Positions 1-11,094 are shown, counted from the first letter of the stretch. The stretch: 64,000 nt of DNA from Verrucomicrobiota bacterium (GCA_049510745.1 JBEKYR010000001.1:255920-319919), one strand, 5' to 3'. Numbers and translations: made by a program. Notes: generated by a model not told the origin, from the sequence alone.

Positions 1-1254
1 GACCGGGGTCTGCTGCATCGCGCCAAACAGCGGATGAAACGGCTCGCGCGGCTGAAAATCAATCGGGCCGTTCTTGACCTGCACCGCGACATTTGGGCGA
101 AATTGGCCGTCGAGCCGCATGAACTCGATGTAAGCGCGCTTGGCGCGGTCCGGATCAATCTCCTCGTCGTAAACAAACGCCCGCCAGAAGACGTTGCCTT
201 TGTGCGGGGCGAGGGCGTCGGCCAGCACGTTTGCCCCGTCGGCGTGAGTGCGGCCGTAGGTTTTCGGTCCGGGCTGGCCTTCGGAATTGGCCTTGACCAG
301 AAATCCGCCGAAGTCGGGAATAAGGCTGTAAATCTCGTCGGCCTTGGCCTTCCACCAATCTGAAACACCCTTGTCCAACGGATCGGCGGTGACCAGCCCG
401 CCCAGTCGCACCGGCGCGGCGAAGTTGGCGCACAAATACATTCGCACGCCGTAAGGCCGCCACACGTCCGCCAGCGCGGCGACTTTGCGGAGATACTCCG
501 GCGAGAGAATGCGCACGTCGGCATTGACGTTGTTGATCACCGCGCCGTTGATTCCGATGGAAGCATTGGCACGCGCGTAATCGGCGTAGCGGGGGCTGAG
601 TTGTCCCGGCAGCTCATTCCATTGCCACAACGAGCGTCCGGCATAACCGCGCTCAATCGTGCCGTTGAGATTGTCCCAGTGGTTCATCAACCGAAACTGA
701 AGCGCAGGCCGCTCGGTGAGGTCGATCCGGTCAATCGGCTGGCCGGTTTGCATCAGGCGCAGGAAATGGAACGCACCATACAGCGCGCCGATTTCGCCGT
801 TCGAGGCGATCACAGTCACCGGATGTCTCGCGATGCGGACCGAGCGGAAGATGAAGCCTTCGTCACCGGCAGCGCGCAAGTCGGCGGTCCAATTCAAATC
901 GCGGACCATCGCCGAGTTCTCCGGCGTGCCGACAACCACCGCGCGGGCCTGCAATCCGTTTTCGTTCAGAGGAACGGCGCCGCCCAACAGAGCCGTGGTG
1001 GCTGAACGCAATTCATCCCGGATGATTCCGCAGGTGGCTGAAGCGCCGTCCACGCGAATTTGCCGCACAATGCGGCGATAGCTTTTGGCGGCGTCCCCCG
1101 GCGGCGCGTATCGCAGCCAGAGTTTGCAGCCGTCTTCATCCGGCAACTGCGGTTGCGGTTCGGCTGCGTCAGTCCTGGTGGCGTCACCGCCGACACAGAG
1201 GCCCGCAGCACCTGCCAGCCCCACCGCCACAAATTCCCGCCGGGACAATTTCAT
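1..1254 (-). CDS. aguA: Alpha-glucuronidase (GH67), Tat-type signal, runs off the window edge
   Basis: Not in the ORF track. Manual minus-strand translation from CAT at 1252-1254 gives MKLSRREFV..., LMNHWDNLNGTIERGYAGRSLW, GGFLVKANSEGQPGP and QVKNGPIDFQPREPFHPLFG, typical GH67 motifs. The frame stays open to position 1. Confidence 0.9.
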   Translation of the reverse strand, partial: MKLSRREFVAVGLAGAAGLCVGGDATRTDAAEPQPQLPDEDGCKLWLRYAPPGDAAKSYRRIVRQIRVDGASATCGIIRDELRSATTALLGGAVPLNENGLQARAVVVGTPENSAMVRDLNWTADLRAAGDEGFIFRSVRIARHPVTVIASNGEIGALYGAFHFLRLMQTGQPIDRIDLTERPALQFRLMNHWDNLNGTIERGYAGRSLWQWNELPGQLSPRYADYARANASIGINGAVINNVNADVRILSPEYLRKVAALADVWRPYGVRMYLCANFAAPVRLGGLVTADPLDKGVSDWWKAKADEIYSLIPDFGGFLVKANSEGQPGPKTYGRTHADGANVLADALAPHKGNVFWRAFVYDEEIDPDRAKRAYIEFMRLDGQFRPNVAVQVKNGPIDFQPREPFHPLFGAMQQTPV

Positions 1255-1434
1255 GAGTGAATTCTTGGCAGAAACGCCGGGTGGAAACAATCCCGAAGCG
1301 TTGGCAACATTCGCGGGCGATTTGTCCAATCGAGCGGAGACGTCGGAAGTGCCGGTGGACGTGCTCGAGGCAGCGCCGGCAGGTTGCGAAGAATCGTGTT
1401 GTCATAATGATGCCGGGCAGGGAAGATATGCGAT

Positions 1435-2481
1435 ATGGAAAAGAAACGAATTGTTGAAAAAGACCCGCCGTTGAAAAGGGACGACCTCATCGTCATCACC
1501 GGCGCGGGCGGGTTCATTGCCGGCAACCTCGCGTTGTATTTCAAAAAGAAAGGTTTTGCCAACGTCCGCGCGGTGGACAAAAAGCCGCTGCACGAGTGGT
1601 ATCTGCACGTGCCGGGCGTTCAGAACCTTTGCCGGGACGTCAGCAAGGAAGAGAACTGCAAACGCGTTTGTGAAGGCGCGGTGGAAGTTTACAACCTCGC
1701 CGCGGACATGGGCGGCATGGGTTTCATCGAACGCTTCCGCGTCGAATGCCTGCGCTCGATCCTGATCAACACGAACATGATCGAGGCCGCCTGCAATGCC
1801 GGCGCGCGGCGCTACTTCTTCTCTTCGTCCGCTTGCGCTTACAACACCTTGCTGCAACAGGACCCGAACGTTCGCGCGCTGAAGGAGTCAGACGCCTATC
1901 CAGCAATGGCCGAACGCGGCTACGGCTGGGAAAAACTCATGTCCGAGATGTTTTGCCAGGAATACTGGCACGAGCGCGGCCTGAAGACATTCATGGCGCG
2001 CTTCCACAATGTTTATGGCCCGCACGGCACCTGGGACGGCGGCCGCGAGAAAGCTCCGGCCGCGCTGTGCCGCAAGGTCATCGAGGCGATGGACACCGGC
2101 AGAAAGGAAATCACCATCTGGGGCGACGGCCATCAAACGCGCAGTTTCATGTACATTGATGATTGCGTCAAGGGCATTGACATGATCATGCATTGCGATG
2201 AGTTGATTGCGACGCCGATCAATCTCGGCTCGAGCGAATTGGTTTCGATTAACGAACTGCTGTCGAAGATCGAAAAAATTGCCGGCGTGAAAATGAACCG
2301 CGAATACGATCTCAATGCGCCGAAAGGCGTCGCCGGCCGCAATTCCGACAACACGTTCATCAAAAAAGTTCTTGGCTGGGAGCCGTCCACGCCGCTTGAC
2401 AAGGGCCTGGCTGTGACGTTCAAGTGGATCAAGGAACAATACCGTGCCCGCAAAGCCGGCAAACGCGTCGGCATCGGTTGA
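1435..2481 (+). CDS. NAD-dependent epimerase/dehydratase, GDP-mannose 3,5-epimerase-like
   Basis: GAGGFIA Rossmann motif, NLAADMGGMGFI, YGWEK, WDGGREKAPAALCRK, GRNSDN. Confidence 0.88.
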   Translation: MEKKRIVEKDPPLKRDDLIVITGAGGFIAGNLALYFKKKGFANVRAVDKKPLHEWYLHVPGVQNLCRDVSKEENCKRVCEGAVEVYNLAADMGGMGFIERFRVECLRSILINTNMIEAACNAGARRYFFSSSACAYNTLLQQDPNVRALKESDAYPAMAERGYGWEKLMSEMFCQEYWHERGLKTFMARFHNVYGPHGTWDGGREKAPAALCRKVIEAMDTGRKEITIWGDGHQTRSFMYIDDCVKGIDMIMHCDELIATPINLGSSELVSINELLSKIEKIAGVKMNREYDLNAPKGVAGRNSDNTFIKKVLGWEPSTPLDKGLAVTFKWIKEQYRARKAGKRVGIG

Positions 2482-2544
2482 AATTGCGGAACACCCTGCC
2501 CTGCCGCCGATGGCTTCGTCCGCGGGCGGCGGGGTTGACGTAAA

Positions 2545-4110
2545 ATGAAAAAATCGATTATGAAAACCAGACTGTTTCTCCCCGCCGTTTTATTCACCGT
2601 CCTCATCGGCCTTCAAGCGCAGACGACGAATGTCACATTGGATCTGCCCATCGCGCCCGGTCCCTTTGTCGGCACGATGGATTCGCTCACCAACTATTCC
2701 TATCCGAAGTGGTTCCGGGACGCGAAGTTTGGGATCTGGGCGCATTGGGGCCCGCAGGCGGTGCCGATGGAAGGTGACTGGTACGCGCGCAAGATGTATC
2801 AGCAGGGCCAGCCCGACTACAACGATCACCTCCAACGCTGGGGACATCCGTCCACCAACGGCTGGAAGGACATCATCCCGCTCTGGAAAGCCGAGAATTG
2901 GGATCCGAAGAAATTGATGGAACTCTACAAAAAGGCCGGCGCGCGATATTTCGTCAGCATGGGTTCGCACCACGACAATTTCTTTTTGTGGAACTCGAAG
3001 CTGCACCGCTGGAATGCAGTACAGATGGGACCGCACCGCGATGTCGTCGGCGAATGGCAGAAGGCGGCGAAGAAAAATGGTTTGCCCTTCGGCGTGTCCG
3101 AACATTTGGGGGCGAGCTTCACCTGGTTTCAGGACGCGCACAGATCCGACAGGACCGGGCCGCTGGCCGGCGCGCCGTACGACGGCGCCAGTTCAAATTA
3201 TTGGGACCTTTATCATTTCCCCGCCGAACCGGGCGACCGCGGCTGGTACTCCAAAAATCCCCGCTGGCAGCAGCAGTGGTTCAATGAAATCGAGGAACTG
3301 GTGGACAATTACAAGCCCGACGTGCTTTACACCGACGGCCCCGTGCCGTTCGGCAACGAAGCCGGCTTGAGCCAGATCGCGAATTTTTACAACGTCAACG
3401 CCGCCGCCCACCGCGGCAAATCCCAAGCCGTTTACACCTGCAAGCAACCTTCCAACGGACGCTGGGTGCAGGACTATGAACGCGGCGGGAACGCCGGCAT
3501 CAGTCCCTATCCGTGGCAGACGGACACCTCCATCGGCGATTGGTTCTACAACCGGCACTGGAAGTATCGGCCCTTGAGTTGGACCGTCCACATGCTCGTG
3601 GATATCGTCAGCAAAAACGGGAATCTGCTGCTCAACGTCGTGCTGAAGCCCGACGGCACCCTGGATCCCGAGGTGGAAACGATGCTGCATCAACTCGCCG
3701 ACTGGAGGGCAGTGAACGGTGAGGCCATTTACGGCACGCGCCCGTGGCTGGTTTACGGCGAGGGCGAGGCGAGGGCCAGAGGCGGCGCGTTCAGGGAAGA
3801 CACCCGTTACACGGCCAAGGACATTCGCTTCACGACCAAAGGCAAAACGCTCTACGCCATTGCGCTGGGCTGGCCCGACGGCGGCAAAATGGACATCAAA
3901 TCGCTCGCCAAAACGGAGGATCCGACGCAGAACAAGATCAAAAAAGTCAAGTTGCTCGGCGGCGCCGGCAAGTTGAAATTCAGCCAGACGGCCGACGGCC
4001 TTGTCGTCGAATTGCCCGGTCAAAAATTGAGCGACCTCACCTGCGCGTTGCGCATCACCGGCAGCAATCTCAAGCCTGCCCCGTTGCCGGCGGCGCCTGC
4101 GACACAATAG
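2545..4110 (+). CDS. Alpha-L-fucosidase (GH29), secreted
   Basis: WFRDAKFGIWAHWG, HHDNF, DIVSKNGNLLLNV, NGEAIYGTRPW; signal peptide; start could be 2560. Confidence 0.9.
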   Translation: MKKSIMKTRLFLPAVLFTVLIGLQAQTTNVTLDLPIAPGPFVGTMDSLTNYSYPKWFRDAKFGIWAHWGPQAVPMEGDWYARKMYQQGQPDYNDHLQRWGHPSTNGWKDIIPLWKAENWDPKKLMELYKKAGARYFVSMGSHHDNFFLWNSKLHRWNAVQMGPHRDVVGEWQKAAKKNGLPFGVSEHLGASFTWFQDAHRSDRTGPLAGAPYDGASSNYWDLYHFPAEPGDRGWYSKNPRWQQQWFNEIEELVDNYKPDVLYTDGPVPFGNEAGLSQIANFYNVNAAAHRGKSQAVYTCKQPSNGRWVQDYERGGNAGISPYPWQTDTSIGDWFYNRHWKYRPLSWTVHMLVDIVSKNGNLLLNVVLKPDGTLDPEVETMLHQLADWRAVNGEAIYGTRPWLVYGEGEARARGGAFREDTRYTAKDIRFTTKGKTLYAIALGWPDGGKMDIKSLAKTEDPTQNKIKKVKLLGGAGKLKFSQTADGLVVELPGQKLSDLTCALRITGSNLKPAPLPAAPATQ

Positions 4111-4145
4111 TTTCCCAACCAACCGATCACCGACACGATCTTCTT

Positions 4146-5528
4146 ATGCCATTACTAATCAAAAACGGCGAAATCGTCACGGCGGACCAGCGCTACGTCG
4201 CCGATATTTATTGCGACAACGAGACCATCACGCGCATCGACAAAAACATCCCGGCCCCGAAGGGCGCGGAAGTGATCGACGCCACGGGGAAATATGTGTT
4301 TCCGGGGTTCATCGATCCGCACGTCCACATTTACCTGCCGTTCATGGGCACCTTTGCCAAGGACACCCACGAGACGGCCAGTCAGGCGGCGCTGGTGGGC
4401 GGCACCACCACCTTCATCGAAATGATTTGCCCCGGACGCGCCGAAAAACCGCTGGAGGCCTTTGAGCTTTGGCTGGGCAAAGCCCAGGGCGCAAGCGCCT
4501 GCGATTTCACTTTTCACATGGGCGTCACCCGCTTCGACGCGGAGGCGGAGCGGGATTTCCGCGAAATTGTCAAACGCGGCGTCAGCAGCTTCAAGATATT
4601 CCTGGCTTACAAAGGCGCCCTGGGCGTGACCGACGAGGAATTGTTCCAAACCTTGCGCCTGGCGCGGGAACTGGGCGTCATCACCACCGCCCATTGTGAA
4701 AACGCGGACCTGGTCCTCGAACTGCAAAAGAAGCTGCTGGCGGAGGGCAAAACCGGGCCGGAGTATCACTACTGGAGCCGCCCGCCGAGAGTTGAAGCCG
4801 AAGGGGTGCATCATCTGCTGACGTTTGCCGAGATTCTGGGCGCGCATGTTTATATTGTACACACCAGTTGCGGGGAAAGCCTGGGCGAAGCCGTGCGCGG
4901 CGCAGGCCGCGGCGCGCGGGTCTGGGTCGAGACCCTCATCCAATACCTGCTCTGCGACAAGACGGACGCCGAAAAACCGGATTTTGAAGGGGCCAAATTC
5001 GTCATGTCGCCGCCCTTGCGCGAGAAGCACAACCAGGACGTCCTGTGGAACGGCTTGCGCCAGGGCTTCGTGGCCACGCTGGCCACCGACCACGCGCCGT
5101 TCGATTTCCAGACTCAAAAGCAGATGGGCCGGGGGGATTTCACCAAAATCCCCAACGGCATCCCGTCGCTGGAGGACCGAATAAATTTATACTTTACTTA
5201 TGGGGTCAAGCGCGGGCGGATCGACTTCCATCAATTCGTCAGCACCGCCAGCACCCACGCCGCCAAAATCTTCGGCCTCTTTCCGCGCAAAGGCGCCATC
5301 CAGCCCGGCTCGGACGCCGACCTGGTCGTGTACGATCCGGCTTACACGGGGAAAATCTCCGCCGCCACCCAGCGGATGAACCTCGATTACAACGCCTTTG
5401 AAGGCATGGAAATCCAGGGCCGCCCGCACGTTGTGACTGTCCGCGGGAAGGTGGCGGCGCGCGACGGCAAGTTCGTCGGCGAAGCCGGCCGCGGCCAATT
5501 CCTGCGCCGCGAGCCGAACCATTTCTGA
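4146..5528 (+). CDS. hydA: Dihydropyrimidinase / D-hydantoinase
   Basis: MPLLIKNG start at ATG 4146; PGFIDPHVH, SFKIFLAYKG, TDHAPF, IPNGIP. Confidence 0.9.
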   Translation: MPLLIKNGEIVTADQRYVADIYCDNETITRIDKNIPAPKGAEVIDATGKYVFPGFIDPHVHIYLPFMGTFAKDTHETASQAALVGGTTTFIEMICPGRAEKPLEAFELWLGKAQGASACDFTFHMGVTRFDAEAERDFREIVKRGVSSFKIFLAYKGALGVTDEELFQTLRLARELGVITTAHCENADLVLELQKKLLAEGKTGPEYHYWSRPPRVEAEGVHHLLTFAEILGAHVYIVHTSCGESLGEAVRGAGRGARVWVETLIQYLLCDKTDAEKPDFEGAKFVMSPPLREKHNQDVLWNGLRQGFVATLATDHAPFDFQTQKQMGRGDFTKIPNGIPSLEDRINLYFTYGVKRGRIDFHQFVSTASTHAAKIFGLFPRKGAIQPGSDADLVVYDPAYTGKISAATQRMNLDYNAFEGMEIQGRPHVVTVRGKVAARDGKFVGEAGRGQFLRREPNHF

Positions 5529-5533
5529 CCCGT

Positions 5534-5794
5534 ATGATTCGAATCGTCGAAGCACGGCCCCTGGAAGGCCATCGGCTCAACATCCGGTTCAACGACGGGG
5601 TGGAGGGTGTCTATGCGGTCGATCCGGAACGTCGCGGCGGCGTCTTTTTAAGTCTGCGCGCCCCAGCGGTGTTCAATGCCGTCCGCGTCAATCCGGATTT
5701 CGGTTGTGCGGAATGGCCGGGCGGAGTGGACCTTTGCCCGACAGCAATGCATGAGGAAATGCTGGCGTCGGTGGAAAGCCCTGTCCTGCGGTAG
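5534..5794 (+). CDS. DUF2442-like small protein (antitoxin-like), no partner gene
   Basis: [16 protein letters not shown]...[23 protein letters not shown] resembles the DUF2442 pattern. Confidence 0.75.
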   Translation: MIRIVEARPLEGHRLNIRFNDGVEGVYAVDPERRGGVFLSLRAPAVFNAVRVNPDFGCAEWPGGVDLCPTAMHEEMLASVESPVLR

Positions 5795-5888
5795 GGTGGA
5801 TGTCACGTTTCCGAGCAGCGGCTGCAAAAGGTGGAAACCCCCAGTTTTCCCTTGTCGCTGCCTTGGCCCTTGCCCATCCTCAACGGCG

Positions 5889-6908
5889 ATGCCGGAGCGA
5901 GTGATCTCAGACGTGCTGGCCAAGCCGGACGCCGCGTTGGAAATGACGCTGCGGCCCTCGCTCTTTTCCGAGTTTGTCGGCCAGGCCAATGTGAAGGAAC
6001 GCCTGGAAATCGCCGTACAAGCCGCCAAAAAACGCGGCGAAGCCCTGGACCATTTGCTCTTTAGCGGGCCGCCCGGCCTGGGCAAAACCACCCTTGCCCA
6101 TATTATCGCCAAAAGCATGGGCGTGAGCATCAAATGCACCAGCGGCCCCACCATCGAGAAAGCCGGCGACCTGGCCGGTTTGCTCACCAATCTGGAGGAG
6201 GGGGAGGTTCTTTTTATCGACGAAATCCACCGCCTGCAAAAAACCATCGAGGAATATCTCTACCCGGCGATGGAGGACTTCAAACTGGACATCATCATCG
6301 ACCAGGGGCCTAACGCGCGCAGCGTGCGCCTGACCCTGCCGCGCTTCACCCTCATCGGCGCCACCACCCGCAGCGGGCTGCTCACCGCGCCGTTGCTCAC
6401 CCGCTTTCCCATTCGCGAGCGCCTGGATTATTACCAGGCCGGGCACCTCCAGCAAATCGTCGTTCGCTCGGCCAATTTGCTCGCCATCGCCATCGAGCCG
6501 CAAGGCGCCCACGAGATCGCCCGCCGCAGCCGCGGCACCCCGCGCATCGCCAACAACCTCCTCCGCCGCGTGCGCGATTACGCCCAGGTCCGCGGCGACG
6601 GCCGCATCACCGTCCCGATGGCCGACCAAGCTCTGGCCATGCTCGCCATCGACCAAAATGGTTTGGATGAAATGGACAAGAGGATTCTGGAGACGATTGT
6701 CGTCAAATTCTCCGGCGGTCCCGTCGGCCTCAATTCCCTGGCGGTCGCCGTCGGCGAGGAGCCGGACACGCTGGAGGAGGTCTATGAGCCATTCCTCATC
6801 ATGGAAGGCTTTCTCAACCGCACTGCCCAAGGCCGCGTCGCCACCGAGTTGACCTACAAGAAACTCGGACTCCAATCAGACCCGGCAAAGCAGGCCAGAT
6901 TGCTGTAG
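5889..6908 (+). CDS. ruvB: Holliday junction branch migration helicase RuvB
   Basis: [49 protein letters not shown] at 5889. Confidence 0.97.
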   Translation: MPERVISDVLAKPDAALEMTLRPSLFSEFVGQANVKERLEIAVQAAKKRGEALDHLLFSGPPGLGKTTLAHIIAKSMGVSIKCTSGPTIEKAGDLAGLLTNLEEGEVLFIDEIHRLQKTIEEYLYPAMEDFKLDIIIDQGPNARSVRLTLPRFTLIGATTRSGLLTAPLLTRFPIRERLDYYQAGHLQQIVVRSANLLAIAIEPQGAHEIARRSRGTPRIANNLLRRVRDYAQVRGDGRITVPMADQALAMLAIDQNGLDEMDKRILETIVVKFSGGPVGLNSLAVAVGEEPDTLEEVYEPFLIMEGFLNRTAQGRVATELTYKKLGLQSDPAKQARLL

Positions 6909-6960
6909 TTCCCTTCACCCTTGCATGTTCCCGGCAAAGGCCGCATTGTTGCTTTTGCTT

Positions 6961-8112
6961 ATGAAGACATCCTTGGCCGCAGCCTTCCTTTTTCTACTGG
7001 CGTTGAACATCTTTGCCGAGCCGTTTTCCGATCTGACTTTTGACGCGGCCTCGAAAAAGGCGGGTCAAACAGGCAAGATCGTTTTGGTGGATTTCTACAC
7101 CACCTGGTGCGCTCCGTGCAAATTGCTCGAGAAAAACACCTTGACGGACGCCGAGGTCATCAAGGTGCTCGAACAAAAGACCGTGGCGCTGCGCCTCGAC
7201 GCGGAAAAGGAGACCAACCTTGCCAAACTCTACAAAATCGAAGCCTATCCCAGCGTCCTCCTCATCAAGCCCGATGGCACTGAACTGGACCGCCTGGTCG
7301 GCTACCGCGACGCCAAGACCTTCCTGGCCGATTTCAACGCCTCGCTCAGCGGAAGAGACTCACTCACGCGGGCGAAGGAGGAATTGACGGCCGCCGGAAC
7401 CAACGATCCCATGGCCCGAATGAAGTACGGCCAGGCGCTGGCCCAAAAGGGCAGGGACGCCGAAGCGTTGGCGGAATACTTGTGGTGTTTCGACCACGGC
7501 GACGCCAGTCCGTCCTTTATCGGCGTGCGGCTGAGTTTCTTGTTGAATTACATCAAGAGCCTGGGGACTCGCTATCCCGCCGCGGAGAAGGCGCTGGAAA
7601 GCCGGCGCGACGAGCGCCAGGCCAAAGTGCTGGCCGGCTCCACGGACCTCCAGACCATCCTGGAGCTCATCTCGTTCAACACCGCGCTGGACCAAAAGGA
7701 AAAGAACCTGGCCGTGTTCGACCAACTTCCTGCCGGCGGCCTGGCCCGGGACACGGTTTGCGGCCTGATCATCGATCAGCTTTTGGCGGCCAAACGCTAC
7801 GCCGACATTCTGGGCGGCAAGGACGGGAGGTCCGCCTTTGGGTTGAAAGTCGATCAATTCAATCGGATGTTGGCGACCGTAGCCAAAGACAGCCCCACCA
7901 GAGCCCGAATGGAGGAAAATTTTCGCAAATACACGGTTGCCTCCGGTGCGCACTCCTTCGAAGCCCTGGCCGGCCTGAAACGAAACGCCGAAGGCAGGGA
8001 ACTGGCGCAGCAGATCCTCCAGTTCGATTCCTCGCCGGAGACTCGCACAACGCTGGCCGAAGCCGCCGACCGCGCCGGCAACGCCGAGTTGGCCCAATTC
8101 GTGAAACAGTGA
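6961..8112 (+). CDS. Secreted thioredoxin-domain protein with helical C-terminal region
   Basis: Signal peptide, VDFYTTWCAPCK, YPSVLLI. Confidence 0.8.
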   Translation: MKTSLAAAFLFLLALNIFAEPFSDLTFDAASKKAGQTGKIVLVDFYTTWCAPCKLLEKNTLTDAEVIKVLEQKTVALRLDAEKETNLAKLYKIEAYPSVLLIKPDGTELDRLVGYRDAKTFLADFNASLSGRDSLTRAKEELTAAGTNDPMARMKYGQALAQKGRDAEALAEYLWCFDHGDASPSFIGVRLSFLLNYIKSLGTRYPAAEKALESRRDERQAKVLAGSTDLQTILELISFNTALDQKEKNLAVFDQLPAGGLARDTVCGLIIDQLLAAKRYADILGGKDGRSAFGLKVDQFNRMLATVAKDSPTRARMEENFRKYTVASGAHSFEALAGLKRNAEGRELAQQILQFDSSPETRTTLAEAADRAGNAELAQFVKQ

Positions 8113-9203
8113 TGGGCCTGCTGGTTCTTGACAACGTTTCAAAATGCTTTGCCGGCCCCCGCCGCCAAATTGTCGGGGCCGTCCGCAATCTGAATCTATC
8201 GGCGGCCGATGGCGAGTTTCTGGTCATTGTCGGCCCTTCGGGCTGCGGCAAGACCACCACCTTGCGCTTGATCGCGGGGTTGGAGACGCCCGATGGCGGG
8301 AGCCTTTCGCTGGACGAAAAACCGCTGGCGGGCGTGCCGCCCAAGGACCGCGATGTGGCGATGGTGTTCCAAAACCACGCCCTGCTGCCGCACTTGACGG
8401 TCGTCGAGAACCTGGCCTTCGGACTGATGCTGCGCCGGATGCCCCGCGAACAGATCGCCCAACGGGTGCGTGCCGCGGCGGAGATGCTCGGCCTGACGCC
8501 GTTGCTGGAAAGAAAACCGCCGGCCCTTTCCGGCGGCGAATGCCAGCGCGTGGCGCTGGGCCGCGCCCTGGCGCGCCATCCCCGCGTTTTTCTATTTGAC
8601 GAACCCCTTTCCAACCTGGACGCCCCCCTGCGCCTGCAATTGCGCGGCGAAATCGCCGCCCTGCGCCGCCGCGCGGGCGCGACGATGGTCTATGTCACGC
8701 ACGATCAGGCCGAGGCGATGGCCCTGGCCGACCGCGTGGCGGTGATGAAAGACGGCGCGTTGCAACAAGCCGCCCCGCCCCTGGAACTTTACCGCCGCCC
8801 GGCCAACCGCTTCGTCGCGGGCTTCATCGGCTCGCCGCCGATGAATTTTTTCCAGGGCCTCATTGACCGGCACAACGGCGCGGTCGTCTTCCGTGCCGAC
8901 GCCGGGTTTGCGTTGCCGGTGGAGGCCGACGCGGCAAAATCGCTCGAAGCGCGCATCGGCCAGCCCGTCACGCTGGGCTTGCGCCCGGAGCACATCGCGG
9001 ACGGCGCCGGCGTGGCGGCGCTGGTGGAGCGGGTGGAGGCGACCGGCGCGGAAAATTTTCTTTACTGCGCCAGCAACGGCGTCCGGTTCGTTTCGCGGAT
9101 GCCGGCGGCCCGCGCCGCCCAAGCCGGAGAAAACCTGGCGCTACGCTTCGACATGGACCACGCCCATTTCTTTGACCCGTCCACCGGCCAGGCGCTCAGT
9201 TAG
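8112..9203 (+). CDS. Sugar ABC transporter ATP-binding protein (MalK/UgpC family)
   Basis: GPSGCGKT, LSGGECQR, FLFDEPLSNLD, VTHDQAEAM, GFIGSPPMN; ATG overlaps the upstream TGA. Confidence 0.92.
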   Translation: MGLLVLDNVSKCFAGPRRQIVGAVRNLNLSAADGEFLVIVGPSGCGKTTTLRLIAGLETPDGGSLSLDEKPLAGVPPKDRDVAMVFQNHALLPHLTVVENLAFGLMLRRMPREQIAQRVRAAAEMLGLTPLLERKPPALSGGECQRVALGRALARHPRVFLFDEPLSNLDAPLRLQLRGEIAALRRRAGATMVYVTHDQAEAMALADRVAVMKDGALQQAAPPLELYRRPANRFVAGFIGSPPMNFFQGLIDRHNGAVVFRADAGFALPVEADAAKSLEARIGQPVTLGLRPEHIADGAGVAALVERVEATGAENFLYCASNGVRFVSRMPAARAAQAGENLALRFDMDHAHFFDPSTGQALS

Positions 9204-9326
9204 TTCTTCCTCATTCCCGCAAATCCTCCGCCGCTTTTCCTTGCGTTCGCCATGAAATTCCTCGAATATCGATGAATTAAATGGGCGGAATTTCTAAAGA
9301 AGAATCGATCACGATAACACAGAATT

Positions 9327-10715
9327 ATGTCCTCCATTTTTAAACTTCTTTTTGCTGTTTTCATTTTGTTGTTGCTTCCAGCCAATCCAGGCTATGCGGC
9401 CGTCGTCACCAACGTGGCTGCCGGAGATTACTGGAGTTTCTTTTTAAAATCCGATGGCAGCCTTTGGGCTATGGGCGAAAATTGGTTTGGCCAACTGGGC
9501 GATGGCACGGAGAACACCTCCATTACGCCTGAACAAATTAGAGCATCGGGCGTCACCGAGGTGTCCGGTGGGGGATCTCAGACCCTTGTGCTTGAGTCTG
9601 ACGGAAGTCTATGGGGGATGGGGGACAACTCGGGTGGCGAATTGGGCCTCGGTCCAAACATTTTCTGGGAACTCACTCCGACTCTGGTCATACCGGGGAA
9701 CGTCAACGGGATTTCCGCCGGAGAATATCACAGTCTTTTCTTCAAGACCGATGGAAGCCTGTGGGGCATGGGCGATAACGACGACGGCTCGTTAGGCGAT
9801 GGCACAACCAATACAAGCCCCAATCCTTTCGCCCCGCATGTCACAATTCCCGAGGAAATCGTTTCTAACAATGTCACAGCGGTTGCGTCTGGGTTCGACC
9901 ACAGTCTTTTTCTAAAAGCAGACGGCAGCCTTTGGGCTATGGGCTACGATGAGTCAGGCGAGTTAGGCGACGGTCAAGCCGATATCGGCACCAATACTCC
10001 CATTGAGATCGTTTCAAGCAATGTCACGGCGATTGCCGCTGGAAATAATCACAGCCTTTTTCTCAAATCGGACGGAAGCCTTTGGGCAATGGGCGATAAC
10101 GAGTTCGGCCAGTTGGGCGACGGCACCCCTAATAGCGCTTGCACTATCCCGGAGAAGATTGTTTCCAGCAATGTGACGGCCATCGTCGCAAAAGGTGACT
10201 TCAGCCTCTTTCTCAAATCCGACGGCAGTCTCTGGGGCATGGGCGACGATAGTCACGGCCAACTTGGAACTACAGGCCTGATAAATCCGGTGTTTAATCC
10301 AACGCCGCAGGAAATCATAACTAACGGGGTAATTGCCGTTGCAGCCGGCCAGCAACACGTGATTTTCCTCAAGGTGGATCACAGCGTTTGGACTATGGGC
10401 ATGAATAATTACAGCCAGTTGGGTAACGGCACCAATACAGACAGTTACGTCCCAGTAGAGATCGTATCCGGGATTGCCATTCCTGCCATCTGTAGTATCA
10501 GTTTGTCTGGCCCGAATCTTGTGCTTAACGGCAGCAACGGGCAAGCCGGTGCGACATACTGCGTGTTGATGAGCAGCAACCTGACAAAGCCACTCAGGCA
10601 ATGGACAGCAGTTTCCACCAATGCGCTGAGCGCGCCGGGAGATTTTTCGATCATTGCTACAAACGCGGTGAATCCCGGACGTCCACAACAATTCTACGTT
10701 CTTCAGATGCAGTAA
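9327..10715 (+). CDS. Secreted RCC1-repeat beta-propeller protein with Verrucomicrobia-type C-terminal domain
   Basis: About 7 repeats of HSLFLKSDGSLWAMGxNxxGQLGDG; signal peptide; C-terminus ...SSNL...W...QQFYVLQ; lower GC than flanks. Confidence 0.88.
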   Translation: MSSIFKLLFAVFILLLLPANPGYAAVVTNVAAGDYWSFFLKSDGSLWAMGENWFGQLGDGTENTSITPEQIRASGVTEVSGGGSQTLVLESDGSLWGMGDNSGGELGLGPNIFWELTPTLVIPGNVNGISAGEYHSLFFKTDGSLWGMGDNDDGSLGDGTTNTSPNPFAPHVTIPEEIVSNNVTAVASGFDHSLFLKADGSLWAMGYDESGELGDGQADIGTNTPIEIVSSNVTAIAAGNNHSLFLKSDGSLWAMGDNEFGQLGDGTPNSACTIPEKIVSSNVTAIVAKGDFSLFLKSDGSLWGMGDDSHGQLGTTGLINPVFNPTPQEIITNGVIAVAAGQQHVIFLKVDHSVWTMGMNNYSQLGNGTNTDSYVPVEIVSGIAIPAICSISLSGPNLVLNGSNGQAGATYCVLMSSNLTKPLRQWTAVSTNALSAPGDFSIIATNAVNPGRPQQFYVLQMQ

Positions 10716-10757
10716 GCGGTTCGTTTTCCGCCTGGGGACAGTCAGAATGCCATCAAT

Positions 10758-10804
10758 TCAAAGGGGTTCACCCAAAGTATTTTCCAAATCGCGTTTGCCT
10801 CACA
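10758..10804 (+). repeat. 47-bp intergenic direct repeat, copy 1
   Basis: TCAAAGGGGTTCACCCAAAGTATTTTCCAAATCGCGTTTGCCTCACA; 41/47 identical to 13320-13366 by manual alignment. Confidence 0.85.
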
Positions 10805-10942
10805 AACGCGAAAACGAAAACAGGTCAATCCCGCACAATCACATATCATCGTTTTCTTTCCGCTTCACACCCCAAGTTCGCCACGGAACCGGCGGCACCC
10901 ATGTTTGATGGGAGACCTTAATTTGAAATTTGAGATTCATGT

Positions 10943-11023
10943 TCTGCGTGGTCTGCGTGATCTGCGGGCCTCAAAAACTCCTTAACTCCTTATCTTTGTG
11001 ATCTTTGCGCTCTGTGCGGTAAA
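10943..11023 (+). repeat. Degenerate 9-bp tandem repeats (TCTGCGTGR; TCTTTGYGM)
   Basis: TCTGCGTGG TCTGCGTGA TCTGCGG and TCTTTGTGA TCTTTGCGC TCTGTGCGG. Confidence 0.55.
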
Positions 11024-11094
11024 ATATGTTACGGCCTTTCCCGCGCGGCCTTTTCCTGCTCGACAATGGCGGTTCCGCATGTTATGATTATTTT

